From NCBI GenBank assembly GCA_964016885.1, contig OZ024767.1:1-16147 (forward strand): a DNA stretch of 16,147 bases, in the 5' to 3' direction. This document shows positions 1 to 9,963 of the stretch, in pieces. The stretch comes from Eledone cirrhosa. Its lineage: Eukaryota. A model generated the notes under the pieces. The model saw only the letters and a list, made by a program, of their open reading frames with translations, had not been told where the DNA came from and made no database searches. The position numbers and the translations under genes are program-made. How positions within the stretch are numbered: the first letter of the stretch is position 1; the number at the start of each line of letters is the position of its first letter.

Positions 1-67
1 ATTTAGATAGCTTAATTTATAGAGCATAACGTTGAAGGTGTTAAGGTGATATTTTTATCTTTAGATA
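1..67 (+). tRNA. trnF: tRNA-Phe (GAA)
   Basis: Acceptor ATTTAGA(1-7)/TTTAGAT(60-66); anticodon arm TAACG-TTGAAGG-TGTTA with GAA at 34-36. Confidence 0.93.
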
Positions 68-102
68 TAATGTAAATATTTAAATTATTTACATTTTATC
101 TA
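62..102. terminator. Long inverted repeat at the trnF/atp6 tail-to-tail junction, putative termination/processing signal
   Basis: AATGTAAATA(69-78)/TATTTACATT(86-95) perfect 10-bp stem, extended by TAGATA(62-67)/TATCTA(97-102) after one T-T mismatch. Function is inferred. Confidence 0.5.
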
Positions 103-801
103 TTGATGGTTATCTGAATATAAAGTAATTAAAAGAGAAAAAATATAACCTTGAATAATGGCAATACCAATTTCGAAGATAAAATATCCTGTTTGAATTA
201 ATATAGTAATTATGATAATAGATGATGAAAATATAGTAATATTAAGAATAGATGATGCTAAAAGGTCTCCGATTAAAGTTAAAATAATATGACCTGCTCT
301 AATATTAGCAGCAATTCGGATGGCTAAGGTTACAGGTTGAACTACAATTCTTAAGAATTCGATAAGAGGGAGAAAAGGAATTAAAAATGATGGGGTACCA
401 GAAGGTAAAAGGGAGGCTAGAGATGAGTATGGATTATTTTTATAAGATGATAATATTAATCTTAATCATAAAGGTAGCGACAAAGAAAACGATATAACTA
501 AATGTCTTGTTGTTCTAAATACATAAGGGATTAATCCTAATAGATTAAAATTAATGATTAGTAAAAATAATGATGATACGATTAAGGAGAATCCTCCTAT
601 TTTTATTCTAAAAGATCGTGTAATTTGGATATTAATAATTTGATTAGGAATTATAATTAATGAGTATCTTTTTGAAGGATAAATTCAGAGAGATGAGTTA
701 ATAAAAAAAAGGGATCAAATTGATAAAATTCAAGTTAGGGAATGAAGATATATGGTTGTTGAGTTATGATCATCAAATGAAGAAAAAATATCTACTATCA
801 T
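100..801 (-). CDS. atp6: ATP synthase F0 subunit 6
   Basis: ATG at 801, MMVDIFSSFDDHNSTT...; conserved TLAIRIAANISAGHI motif; ends YSDNHQ-TAG; 702 nt. Confidence 0.97.
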
Positions 802-805
802 TATA

Positions 806-961
806 TTATCAGTTATATTTATTTTTTTTTTTTTTTTTTGAATTGTTATTTGAGGAATAAATGTTATTATTATTTCATCATATAATAGATGAGTTTAAAA
901 ATATAATTATTCAGAATATAGAAAATAAAAAGATTCAATTTAATGGTGATAATTGAGGCAT
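806..961 (-). CDS. atp8: ATP synthase F0 subunit 8
   Basis: MPQLSPLNWIFLFSMFWMIMFLNSSIMWWNNNNIYSSNNNSKKKKKNKYNW-TAA; diagnostic MPQL start; 156 nt. Confidence 0.96.
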
Positions 962-962
962 G

Positions 963-1034
963 AAAAAAGTACTAAGATTAATAGTAAGTAATTTAAATTT
1001 GACAAATTTATGTTATTATTTTAACTAACTTTTT
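963..1034 (-). tRNA. trnD: tRNA-Asp (GTC)
   Basis: Minus strand: acceptor AAAAAGT/ACTTTTT; arm TAAAT-TTGTCAA-ATTTA (anticodon 1003-1001). Confidence 0.92.
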
Positions 1035-1040
1035 ATTTGA

Positions 1041-1727
1041 TTAATTAATTATATTATATAGTCAATTATTAAATGTATTTATATTTACAATTTCGAGGGT
1101 AATTGGTATAAAAGAATGATTTGCTCCACAAATTTCTGAGCATTGACCATAGAAAATTCCAGGACGACTTGAATATAGATTTACTTGATTAAGTCGTCCT
1201 GGAATTGCATCTACTTTTAGGCCTAGAGATGGAATAGTTCATGAGTGAATAACATCTGATGAAGAGATAATTATTCGTGCATTTGTTTTTATAGGTATAA
1301 TAAGGTGATGGTCGGTTTCTAGAAGTCGAAATGTTCCTATATTAAGTTCTTCAGAGGGTGTTATATATGAATCAAATTCAATGTTTATAAAATCTGAATA
1401 TTCATATCTTCAATATCATTGGTGTCCTAATACTTTAATTGTTAATAAAGGATTAATTGATTCATCTAATAAATATAATAATTTTAATGAAGGAAGGGCT
1501 AAAAATAGTAAAATGATTCTTGGGATAATTGTTCAGATAGTTTCGATTTTTTGTCTTTCGGAGATTATTAAACAGGAGAATTTGTTTGTTATTAATAGGA
1601 TTGTAATATATATAACTAATGTAAGAATAACGGTGAGAATAAATATAGCGTGATCATGGAAAAAAATTAACTGTTCTATTAAAGGAGAGTTTGCATCTTG
1701 AAATCCTAATTGTCCTCATTGGGTCAT
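1041..1727 (-). CDS. cox2: Cytochrome c oxidase subunit II
   Basis: [26 protein letters not shown]...; GHQWYWSYEY, DVIHSW and CuA motif [15 protein letters not shown]; TAA; 687 nt. Confidence 0.98.
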
Positions 1728-1735
1728 AAATAATA

Positions 1736-3268
<1,533 letters not shown>

Positions 3269-3270
3269 AT

Positions 3271-4281
3271 TTAAAATATGATGGGGATAAAAATTAATGT
3301 AATTATTATATTAATACATATAATTGTTTTTAGATTTATTTTTATTTTGTTAATTTTTATTATATAAAATGATTTTATAAATATTCTTATAAGTATGTTT
3401 AGATAAAAGTATAATCTAATTAATGTGGAGGTAAGTAATAATATTGATAATATTAATATGTTTATAGATAATAATATATTTAAAATTATTAGTTTTGATA
3501 AGAATCCTATTATTGGGGGTATTCCACCTAAAGATAGGATTAATATAATAATAAAAATGTTTTCTTTATTTAAGTTATAATTATGATGACTTAAAGAATA
3601 TATAAATAGGTTGGATTTTGAATTAAAATATAGAAATAAGGGTATAATAATTAGTATGTAAATTAGTAAATATAGTATTATTAAAAGATTATTAATTGAA
3701 CATGAGGCTAATATTCAGCCTAGGTGGGAAATAGAAGAATATACTATAATTAGTTGAAGGTTTGTTTGATTAATTGCTTGTATTCTTCCTATAAATCTTC
3801 TTAATAATGAGGAAATAATAATAATAGTATAATTGAAATTAATAAATGATAATATAAATAATGGTGCTAATTTTTGTCATGATAAAATAAAAAATAATAT
3901 TATTCATCTTATTTGTTTACATATTCTTGGAAGTCAAAAGTGGAAAGGTGCACTTCCTAATTTAATGAGAAGTGATACAATTATAATGGAGGAAAATAGA
4001 GAATTATTAAATATAGAGTATATAGATAAAGAATATAGATATATAAAAATTATAGATATTATAAAGATTGATGAGCTAAATCTTTGGATAATGAAATATT
4101 TTATAGATCTTTCAATTTCGTAATTTTTTGATTTAATGTTTATTAGAGGGAGAATACCTATTAAATTTAATTCTAATCCTATTCATATTATAAATCAATG
4201 TGATGATGATAATGAAATGATTGTTCCAAATATTATTATAGTAGTAAATATAAAATTAGCAGGGAAAAATTTATTATTCAT
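3271..4281 (-). CDS. nad2: NADH dehydrogenase subunit 2
   Basis: MNNKFFPANFMF...; WMGLELN, KLGSAPFHFWLP, SWQKLAP, YSSISHLGW, LSLGGMPP; TAA at 3273-3271; 1011 nt. Confidence 0.96.
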
Positions 4282-4350
4282 AAAGAGTAGTACAATTATG
4301 AATTGCTCAAATTAAAGTTAGCAGCTTTAATTTATAACATTATTACTCTT
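4282..4350 (-). tRNA. trnS1: tRNA-Ser1 (GCT), no paired D-arm
   Basis: Acceptor AAGAGTA/TACTCTT; arm TTAAAG-CTGCTAA-CTTTAA (anticodon 4322-4320). Confidence 0.92.
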
Positions 4351-4701
4351 ATATTCAGTTTAATGATCCTTGATTTCATTCGTGAAGGAGACCAATAATT
4401 AAAATAATTAAGAAAATTATAGTCGATGATAAAAATACAATTGATGGGGATGATAAAATATTTATAATTATGGGTATTAATAGGATAATTTCGATATCAA
4501 AAATTAGGAAGATAACTGCTAATAAAAAAAATCGTATAGAAAAGAGGGGGAGCGAGTATATCAAGATGGATCAAATCCACATTCAAAAGGTGAATTTTTT
4601 TCTCGATCTTTAGTAGTTTTAATTATAGTGATATTTCTGATAAAAAATAATATTATATTTAATAAGGATAAGAATATTAAAAATAATAAGGTGGATATCA
4701 T
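4349..4701 (-). CDS. nad3: NADH dehydrogenase subunit 3 (one frameshift at about 4540-4550 as given)
   Basis: ATG at 4701; REKNSPFECGFDPS in one frame and FSMRFFLLAVIFLIFDIEI...LLHEWNQGSLNWM-TAA in another; 353 nt, not a multiple of 3. The stop overlaps trnS1 by 2 nt or is an abbreviated T at 4351. Confidence 0.95.
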
Positions 4702-4768
4702 AAGTATAGAAGATAATTTTCTTATTTTTTATAACATCAATATAATCCGTTCATTCCGGCGCTATACT
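4702..4768 (-). tRNA. trnI: tRNA-Ile (GAT)
   Basis: Acceptor AGTATAG/CTATACT; D-arm CCG..CGG; arm TTATA-TTGATGT-TATAA. Confidence 0.93.
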
Positions 4769-4769
4769 A

Positions 4770-4835
4770 TCAACAAAGAAAATATTTTCAGTTTTTTAAT
4801 TAACAGTTAAATGCCTCTATTTTGGCTTTTTGTTG
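4770..4835 (-). tRNA. trnN: tRNA-Asn (GTT)
   Basis: Acceptor CAACAAA/TTTGTTG; arm TTTAA-CTGTTAA-TTAAA. Confidence 0.93.
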
Positions 4836-4899
4836 AAACAAGGGTAATAAAATACCTAATTATGGGCCGAAACCATATATGAAAATTCATTTCTTGAGT
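4836..4899 (-). tRNA. trnR: tRNA-Arg (TCG)
   Basis: Arm TATGG-TTTCGGC-CCATA (anticodon 4870-4868); T-stem GGTA/TACC; acceptor ACTCAAG/CTTGTTT has two mismatches. Confidence 0.88.
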
Positions 4900-4902
4900 A
4901 GG

Positions 4903-4971
4903 TGGTATTAAATAGATATTTTCTATTTCTTTTTAAGTGCAAATTAAATTTTCTTTATAAAATATAATACC
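4903..4971 (-). tRNA. trnA: tRNA-Ala (TGC)
   Basis: Acceptor GGTATTA/TAATACC; loop TTTGCAC (anticodon 4941-4939); T-stem AATAGA/TCTATT. Confidence 0.92.
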
Positions 4972-5037
4972 ATTAAGGATTGTAGTAATCATTTTCTAGA
5001 TTAAAAGTCTAGTGCTTAAATTTTCGGCCACTTAATA
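4970..5037 (-). tRNA. trnK: tRNA-Lys (TTT)
   Basis: Acceptor TATTAAG/CTTAATG; arm CTAGA-CTTTTAA-TCTAG; overlaps trnA by 2 nt. Confidence 0.93.
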
Positions 5038-5045
5038 ATATTATA

Positions 5046-5825
5046 TTACGATCCTCATCAATAAATAAAAGTATATAGAAATAATCATACAACATCGACG
5101 AAATGTCAATATCATGCAGCTGCTTCAAATCCAAAATGATGAGATGATGAGAAGTGATTTATAATAATTCGGATTAAACATATTAATAAAAAGGTTGAAC
5201 CAATAATGACATGAAGTCCATGAAATCCTGTAGCTACAAAAAAGGTTGTACCATAAATACTATCAGAAATTGAGAATGAAGCTTCGATATATTCTATAGC
5301 TTGTAGGGCGGTGAAATAAAATCCTAAAGAAATGGTAATAATTATAGCTTGAATGGCTGGTTTAAGGTTATTAGTTATAAGAGAATGATGTGCTCAAGTT
5401 ACGGAAACTCCGGATGATAGGAGAATTGCAGTATTAAGAAGAGGAATTTGGAAGGGATTAAGAGGATAAATGTTAATAGGAGGTCAGCATGCCCCGATAT
5501 CTATATTAGGGGCTAATCTTCTATGGAAATAAGCTCAGAAAAAAGCAAAAAAAAAACAGATTTCTGAAATAATAAATAAAACTATTCCTCATCGTATTCC
5601 ATTATATACTTTTGAAGTATGAAATCCTTGGAATGTACTTTCACGGATAATATCTCGTCATCATTGAATTATTGTTAAAATTATGAGAGAAAATCCAAGT
5701 ATTAATAATAAAGTTCCGTAATTATGAAATCACGAAGATAATCCAGTAGTTAAAAATAATGCTCTTATAGATCCAGTTAAAGGTCATGGTCTAAATTCAA
5801 CTAGATGGAATGGATTTCGGGTCAT
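5046..5825 (-). CDS. cox3: Cytochrome c oxidase subunit III
   Basis: [15 protein letters not shown]...; [45 protein letters not shown]; 780 nt. Confidence 0.98.
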
Positions 5826-6152
5826 ATATATAAATATTACTTATTTTTTTTGTTAAAGTATTAAATTGATTTTAATATATTTACAAAATTATATGTGATT
5901 TTATGATGTGTGTTTGTGAAAAATAGATAAAGTTGTCAAGAGAAAGAAGACCATAGAGGGAGTTTTTTTATTTAAAAAAACTGATTATTATATATTATAT
6001 AACTATTGTATATTCTTAGTAAAAATATATTTAAAATAAATGAATAAAATTCTATTCTTCTACCGTTATTAAATCTAAATTAATATTATCTTTAAATTAA
6101 ATTTTATTTAATTAATTAAATTATGAATGATTATTTTGATTTATATTATTAT

Positions 6153-6265
6153 CCCTGCTTTTAAATAAATAAATTTTATACGTTATAACTTGTATTATTA
6201 CCCTGCTTTTAAATAAATAAATTTTATACGTTATAACTTGTATTATTACCCTGCTTTTAAATAAA
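6153..6265. repeat. 48-bp perfect tandem repeat, about 2.35 copies
   Basis: Unit CCCTGCTTTTAAATAAATAAATTTTATACGTTATAACTTGTATTATTA starts at 6153 and 6201; a 17-nt partial copy starts at 6249. Confidence 0.96.
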
Positions 6266-6464
6266 ATTGTTTTAAATAACATAATTATACTTAGATATTA
6301 ATAATTTATCATTACTTAGTTATAATTAATTGTTTTATTAATAGACTGTAATTGAAGTATTATAATTAACATAATTATAATGTATTTTAATTATGAGAGC
6401 TTATAAAGATACTTTAATTTATTATATAATAATATTTATTTGATAAATTGAATATTGGGGCCTG

Positions 6465-6497
6465 TGCCTCTGGTATTATAACAAGATCTGCCTCTGG
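6465..6497. repeat. GC-rich direct repeat TGCCTCTGG x2
   Basis: Copies at 6465-6473 and 6489-6497, 24-nt period. Confidence 0.85.
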
Positions 6498-6552
6498 CTA
6501 ATTAGACTAATTGTTTTTTTCCTTCAATATATACTAAGTTAATTTAGATATC

Positions 6553-6567
6553 AAAAAAAAAAAAAAA
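6553..6567. repeat. A15 tract (T-stretch on the minus strand)
   Basis: Read directly from the sequence. Confidence 0.9.
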
Positions 6568-6949
6568 TATACTGAATTTATAAATTTCGTTTATGTCGAG
6601 TATAGACATATATATAATTAATTTTTGGTTGTTTTATACTTGTATATTATTTAAAAGTAATATAAATTTAATTTTGTAGTTAATTTATTTTTGTTAAATT
6701 AAGCTATATAATTGGTCTTTGTAAATTAATATATATTGTTTAAAAAAAAAATGTTTTGATATATTGTTTAAAAGTAATGATATTTTTGAAAGGAAATATT
6801 TTAAAGTTATTTTATGGTTATTATTTTTTTGATTATTTAGTATACAAAATTGTTGGGTAATATAGTAATATTAATGTTAATTGTAAATATTTATATAATA
6901 AATAATATGAATATATATATATACACATATATTATATACATATATTAAG

Positions 6950-7020
6950 GTTTTTATGGTGTAATAGGCACGAAAGATTTTCAATTTTTAGGAATAAATT
7001 TTAGTAATTTATTGAGAATA
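6950..7020 (+). tRNA. trnE: tRNA-Glu (TTC)
   Basis: Acceptor GTTTTTA/TGAGAAT; D-stem GTGT/GCAC; loop TTTTCAA (anticodon 6980-6982). Confidence 0.92.
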
Positions 7021-7021
7021 T

Positions 7022-7090
7022 ATTTTATTAGTATAATTGAGTATAATTATTTTCCAAATAATAGGTTTAGATATAATGTTAAATAAAATA
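7022..7090 (+). tRNA. trnG: tRNA-Gly (TCC)
   Basis: Acceptor ATTTTAT/ATAAAAT; arm ATTAT-TTTCCAA-ATAAT. Confidence 0.93.
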
Positions 7091-7091
7091 A

Positions 7092-7159
7092 TATAATTTG
7101 GTGTATGGGCATGTAAAGTTTTGATCTTTAAGGAAAAGGTTCAAGTCCTTTTTTTGTAA
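7092..7159 (+). tRNA. trnQ: tRNA-Gln (TTG)
   Basis: Arm TAAAG-TTTTGAT-CTTTA; T-arm AAAGG-TTCAAGT-CCTTT; acceptor has two T-T pairs at its base. Confidence 0.92.
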
Positions 7160-7227
7160 AGAGTTTTAAGTTAAAATAAACTGTAAATTTTCAAAATTTA
7201 AAATAAATATTTGTTGTTTAAATTCTG
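7160..7227 (+). tRNA. trnW: tRNA-Trp (TCA)
   Basis: Acceptor AGAGTTT/AAATTCT; arm TAAAT-TTTCAAA-ATTTA; the TCA anticodon fits TGA=Trp. Confidence 0.93.
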
Positions 7228-7296
7228 TATGAGGTGGTCGAAATAATTTTAGTCGGTAGATTGTAAATCTATTTATAAGTAGTAACTTTCTCATGG
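7228..7296 (+). tRNA. trnY: tRNA-Tyr (GTA)
   Basis: Acceptor TATGAGG/TCTCATG; arm GTAGA-TTGTAAA-TCTAT; overlaps trnC by 2 nt. Confidence 0.93.
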
Positions 7297-7358
7297 TTTT
7301 ATAATTTATATTAAAATATTAAATTGCAAATTTAAAAATACATTTTTTGTTGAAACTT
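7295..7358 (+). tRNA. trnC: tRNA-Cys (GCA)
   Basis: Acceptor GGTTTTA/TGAAACT; arm TTAAA-TTGCAAA-TTTAA. Confidence 0.92.
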
Positions 7359-7361
7359 TAT

Positions 7362-7429
7362 AATAAAGTAAGCTAAAAAAGCTGTTGGGTTCATACCTCG
7401 AAAATGGATGTATTTATATCTCTTTATTA
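7362..7429 (+). tRNA. trnM: tRNA-Met (CAT)
   Basis: Acceptor AATAAAG/CTTTATT; D-stem AGCT/AGCT; loop TTCATAC. Confidence 0.94.
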
Positions 7430-7481
7430 TTTAAATTTGACTTTGGTTTGTTTTTAATTTTTGTAATTTTATACATGTTAG

Positions 7482-7512
<31 letters not shown>

Positions 7513-8401
7513 TTCGTTGATTATATATTATATATTTAGATTATTTATTTAATATATTTATAATTTAAATATAATGTATTATATTATTAAATAGGATTTA
7601 ATATAGAGGTTTTATAATTTTTTTATCAGTATATATATTTGTACAATAAATGGGAGTTTTATACAGAAATTATATGTGGTAATTGGATAAATTTGTGCCA
7701 GCATCTGCGGTTATACAAATAATTAGGATTAAAAAGATTTGGTTGAAAATAAAGTAGTATAATATTATTATGAGGAAAGATTATAATGAGTTTTTAGGTA
7801 AAATTTATATATAAAATTTGATTGTTTTTTTTTGTTTTCTTTATTATAAATGCTTTGAAAATTCAATAATAAACTAGGATTAGATACCCTATTATTTTGA
7901 TTTGTAAAAATAAAATTATTTTACCTAAGTATTATGAATTATGTTTACTTTTATAAGATTACGTGTTTATTTAAAACTTAAAAAGTTTGGCGGTTCTACA
8001 TATCCAATTAGGGGAGCTTGTTAATTTATTTGATAATCCTCAATTTAAACTAACTTTTTTTTGAAATTGTATATAAATTCAGTTTGTATATTGCTGTCGT
8101 CAGTTTATGTTTTAAGAATTATATTAAAAGACTAGAAAATATTTAAATTTTTATGTCAAGTCATAATGCAGCTTATAAAGAAGGTTTAATGAGCTACTAT
8201 AGTTAATTTTATTTTATTCCGGATTTAAAATTATATATTTTTATAGAAAGGTGGACTTAATAGTAATTTTTAATTAGTGTGTATATGTGAATAATGGTTT
8301 TGTGGGGTGTACATATCGCCCGTCACTCTTGTTATTTAGATAAGATAAGTCGTAACATAGTAGAGGTAATGGAAATTGTTTCTGGATTTATATAATAAAT
8401 A
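7430..8401 (+). rRNA. rrnS: 12S small-subunit rRNA (ends set by flanking tRNAs)
   Basis: Conserved GTGCCAGCATCTGCGGTTATAC, AAACTAGGATTAGATACCCTATTAT, GTACATATCGCCCGTCACTCT and AAGTCGTAACATAGTAG. Confidence 0.95.
7486..7512. repeat. (TA)13 microsatellite in the 5' domain of rrnS
   Basis: 27 nt of uninterrupted alternating T/A. Confidence 0.93.
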
Positions 8402-8471
8402 CAAGAATTAACATAAGTATAATGTGTCTCACTTACGTTGAGAAAATATTTATTAATTTAATTATTTTTGA
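8402..8471 (+). tRNA. trnV: tRNA-Val (TAC)
   Basis: Acceptor CAAGAAT/ATTTTTG; arm TCTCA-CTTACGT-TGAGA; lies between the rRNAs. Confidence 0.93.
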
Positions 8472-9821
8472 AAGATTAATAAAATAATTATTATTTAAAT
8501 AGTTTAGATTAAAAATTTTAAATAGAATTAGTAAGAGGGTTAGAAGAATGTTAAAATAGATTGTACTGAAAAGGGTGTGGTGTTTAAAAAATTAATGTAT
8601 AGTAAATATTAATAATTGTATCTTTTGTATAATGGGTTGATAATATTAATAAGTAAATATTAGGTTCTCGAAATAGGAAGATTTATTTATTATATTGGTT
8701 TGTTAACGTGGTAAAGTTATATATTTAATAATAAATGGTAGTGAAATGCTATTCGATTTTTATGGTAGCTAGTTTATTATATAGACATTTGAGTGTGTAT
8801 TATAATTAAAATTATAAATAATAATTGGTTTTGATATAAATTTGGGGGAAAAGCTTCTTGTAAAGTGTGGTGAGAATTAAATTTAATAAAATAATTTAGT
8901 TTAAGTGAAATTAAGAGTTTATCTTATAATTAAAAATAACTTATATTTATTAATTTTTCTTTATTTGAGGATTAATAAATTATTTATAATAATTGAGTAA
9001 ATTATATATAATGTTAATATGAGTATTTCAGTGAATATAAAATATATATAGTTATAAAGATATTAAATAAATTTATCTGGTGATGTAATAATATTATTTT
9101 AGTTTAAGATAATTAAATATAGTAAAGGAATTTAGCAAATATTAATTTCGCCTGTTTATCAAAAACATGTCTCTTTGATTAGATATAATAAAGAGTTGGG
9201 CCTGCTCGGTGATATTTTTAACAGCTGCGGTATTATAACTGTACTAAGGTAGCATAATAATTTGCCTTATAAATTAAGGCTAGAATGAATGGTTTGACGA
9301 AAATTAATCTGTCTCTATTATAATTATTAGAAGTTAATGTTTATAGTGAAAAAGCTTAAATTATTTAAAGGGACGAGAAGACCCTATTGAGCTTGATATT
9401 AAAATATAAATTTTTTTTTAAAGTTAATATAAATTATGTTTATGGGTTTTAAATTTTGATTGGGGTGATCAAGGAATAAAAAAGATTAATGTATATATAT
9501 ATATTAACTTCCTTATATATAAATATTTATAGATAAATAAACCGAGAGTTTTGCTTAAAAGTAAGTTACCATAGGGATAACAGCGTAATTTTTTTAGAGA
9601 GTTCTTATTAAAAAAAAAGATTGCGACCTCGATGTTGGATTAAAATTACCTTTGGGTGCAGAAGCTCAGATAGGTGAATCTGTTCGATTTTTAAAATTTT
9701 ACATGATCTGAGTTCAAACCGGTGAAAGCCAGGTTGGTTTCTATCTTTTAAATTTATTTGTTATTTTATTTAGTACGAAAGGATTGATATTAATTAATAG
9801 ATTATTAAATATATTTAAAAT
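8472..9821 (+). rRNA. rrnL: 16S large-subunit rRNA (ends set by flanking tRNAs)
   Basis: CGCCTGTTTATCAAAAACAT, GACGAGAAGACCCT, GGGATAACAGCGTAAT, GCGACCTCGATGTTGGATT and ACATGATCTGAGTTCAAACCGG. Confidence 0.96.
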
Positions 9822-9888
9822 ATAAAGTTGGCAGAAAATAATGTGGATAATTTAGGATTATTTTATAAAAGTTATCTTTTACTTTATA
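9822..9888 (+). tRNA. trnL1: tRNA-Leu1 (TAG)
   Basis: Acceptor ATAAAGT/ACTTTAT; TGGCAGA motif; loop TTTAGGA. Confidence 0.93.
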
Positions 9889-9963
9889 ATTAAGATGGCA
9901 GATTAGTGTGAAGGATTTAAGATTCTTTTAGGAAAATAATTTATTTAATGTTTTCTCTTAATA
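9889..9963 (+). tRNA. trnL2: tRNA-Leu2 (TAA)
   Basis: Acceptor ATTAAGA/TCTTAAT; TGGCAGA motif; loop TTTAAGA; long T-arm GAAAATA/TGTTTTC. Confidence 0.93.

Larger units (their letters stand above)
5826..6949. promoter_or_regulatory. Control region / long AT-rich non-coding region
   Basis: 1124 nt between the divergent 5' ends of cox3 and trnE; contains a tandem repeat, homopolymer runs, (TA)n and hairpins; expected position for octopodiform mtDNA. Confidence 0.9.

Noticed and set aside
4282-4350. trnS1 lacking a D-arm
   Set aside because: Standard for metazoan mitochondrial tRNA-Ser(AGN).
6153-6265. Tandem repeat as a CRISPR-like array
   Set aside because: Units are contiguous with no unique spacers, there are no cas genes, and the context is mitochondrial.
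6905-6947. (AT)n hairpin and ACATATATTA x2 as termination-associated elements
   Set aside because: Low-complexity AT sequence; cannot be distinguished from chance without comparative data.
7092-7159. Two T-T mismatches in the trnQ acceptor stem as an editing site
   Set aside because: They lie at the base of the stem with no gene overlap; such mismatches are common in mitochondrial tRNAs.
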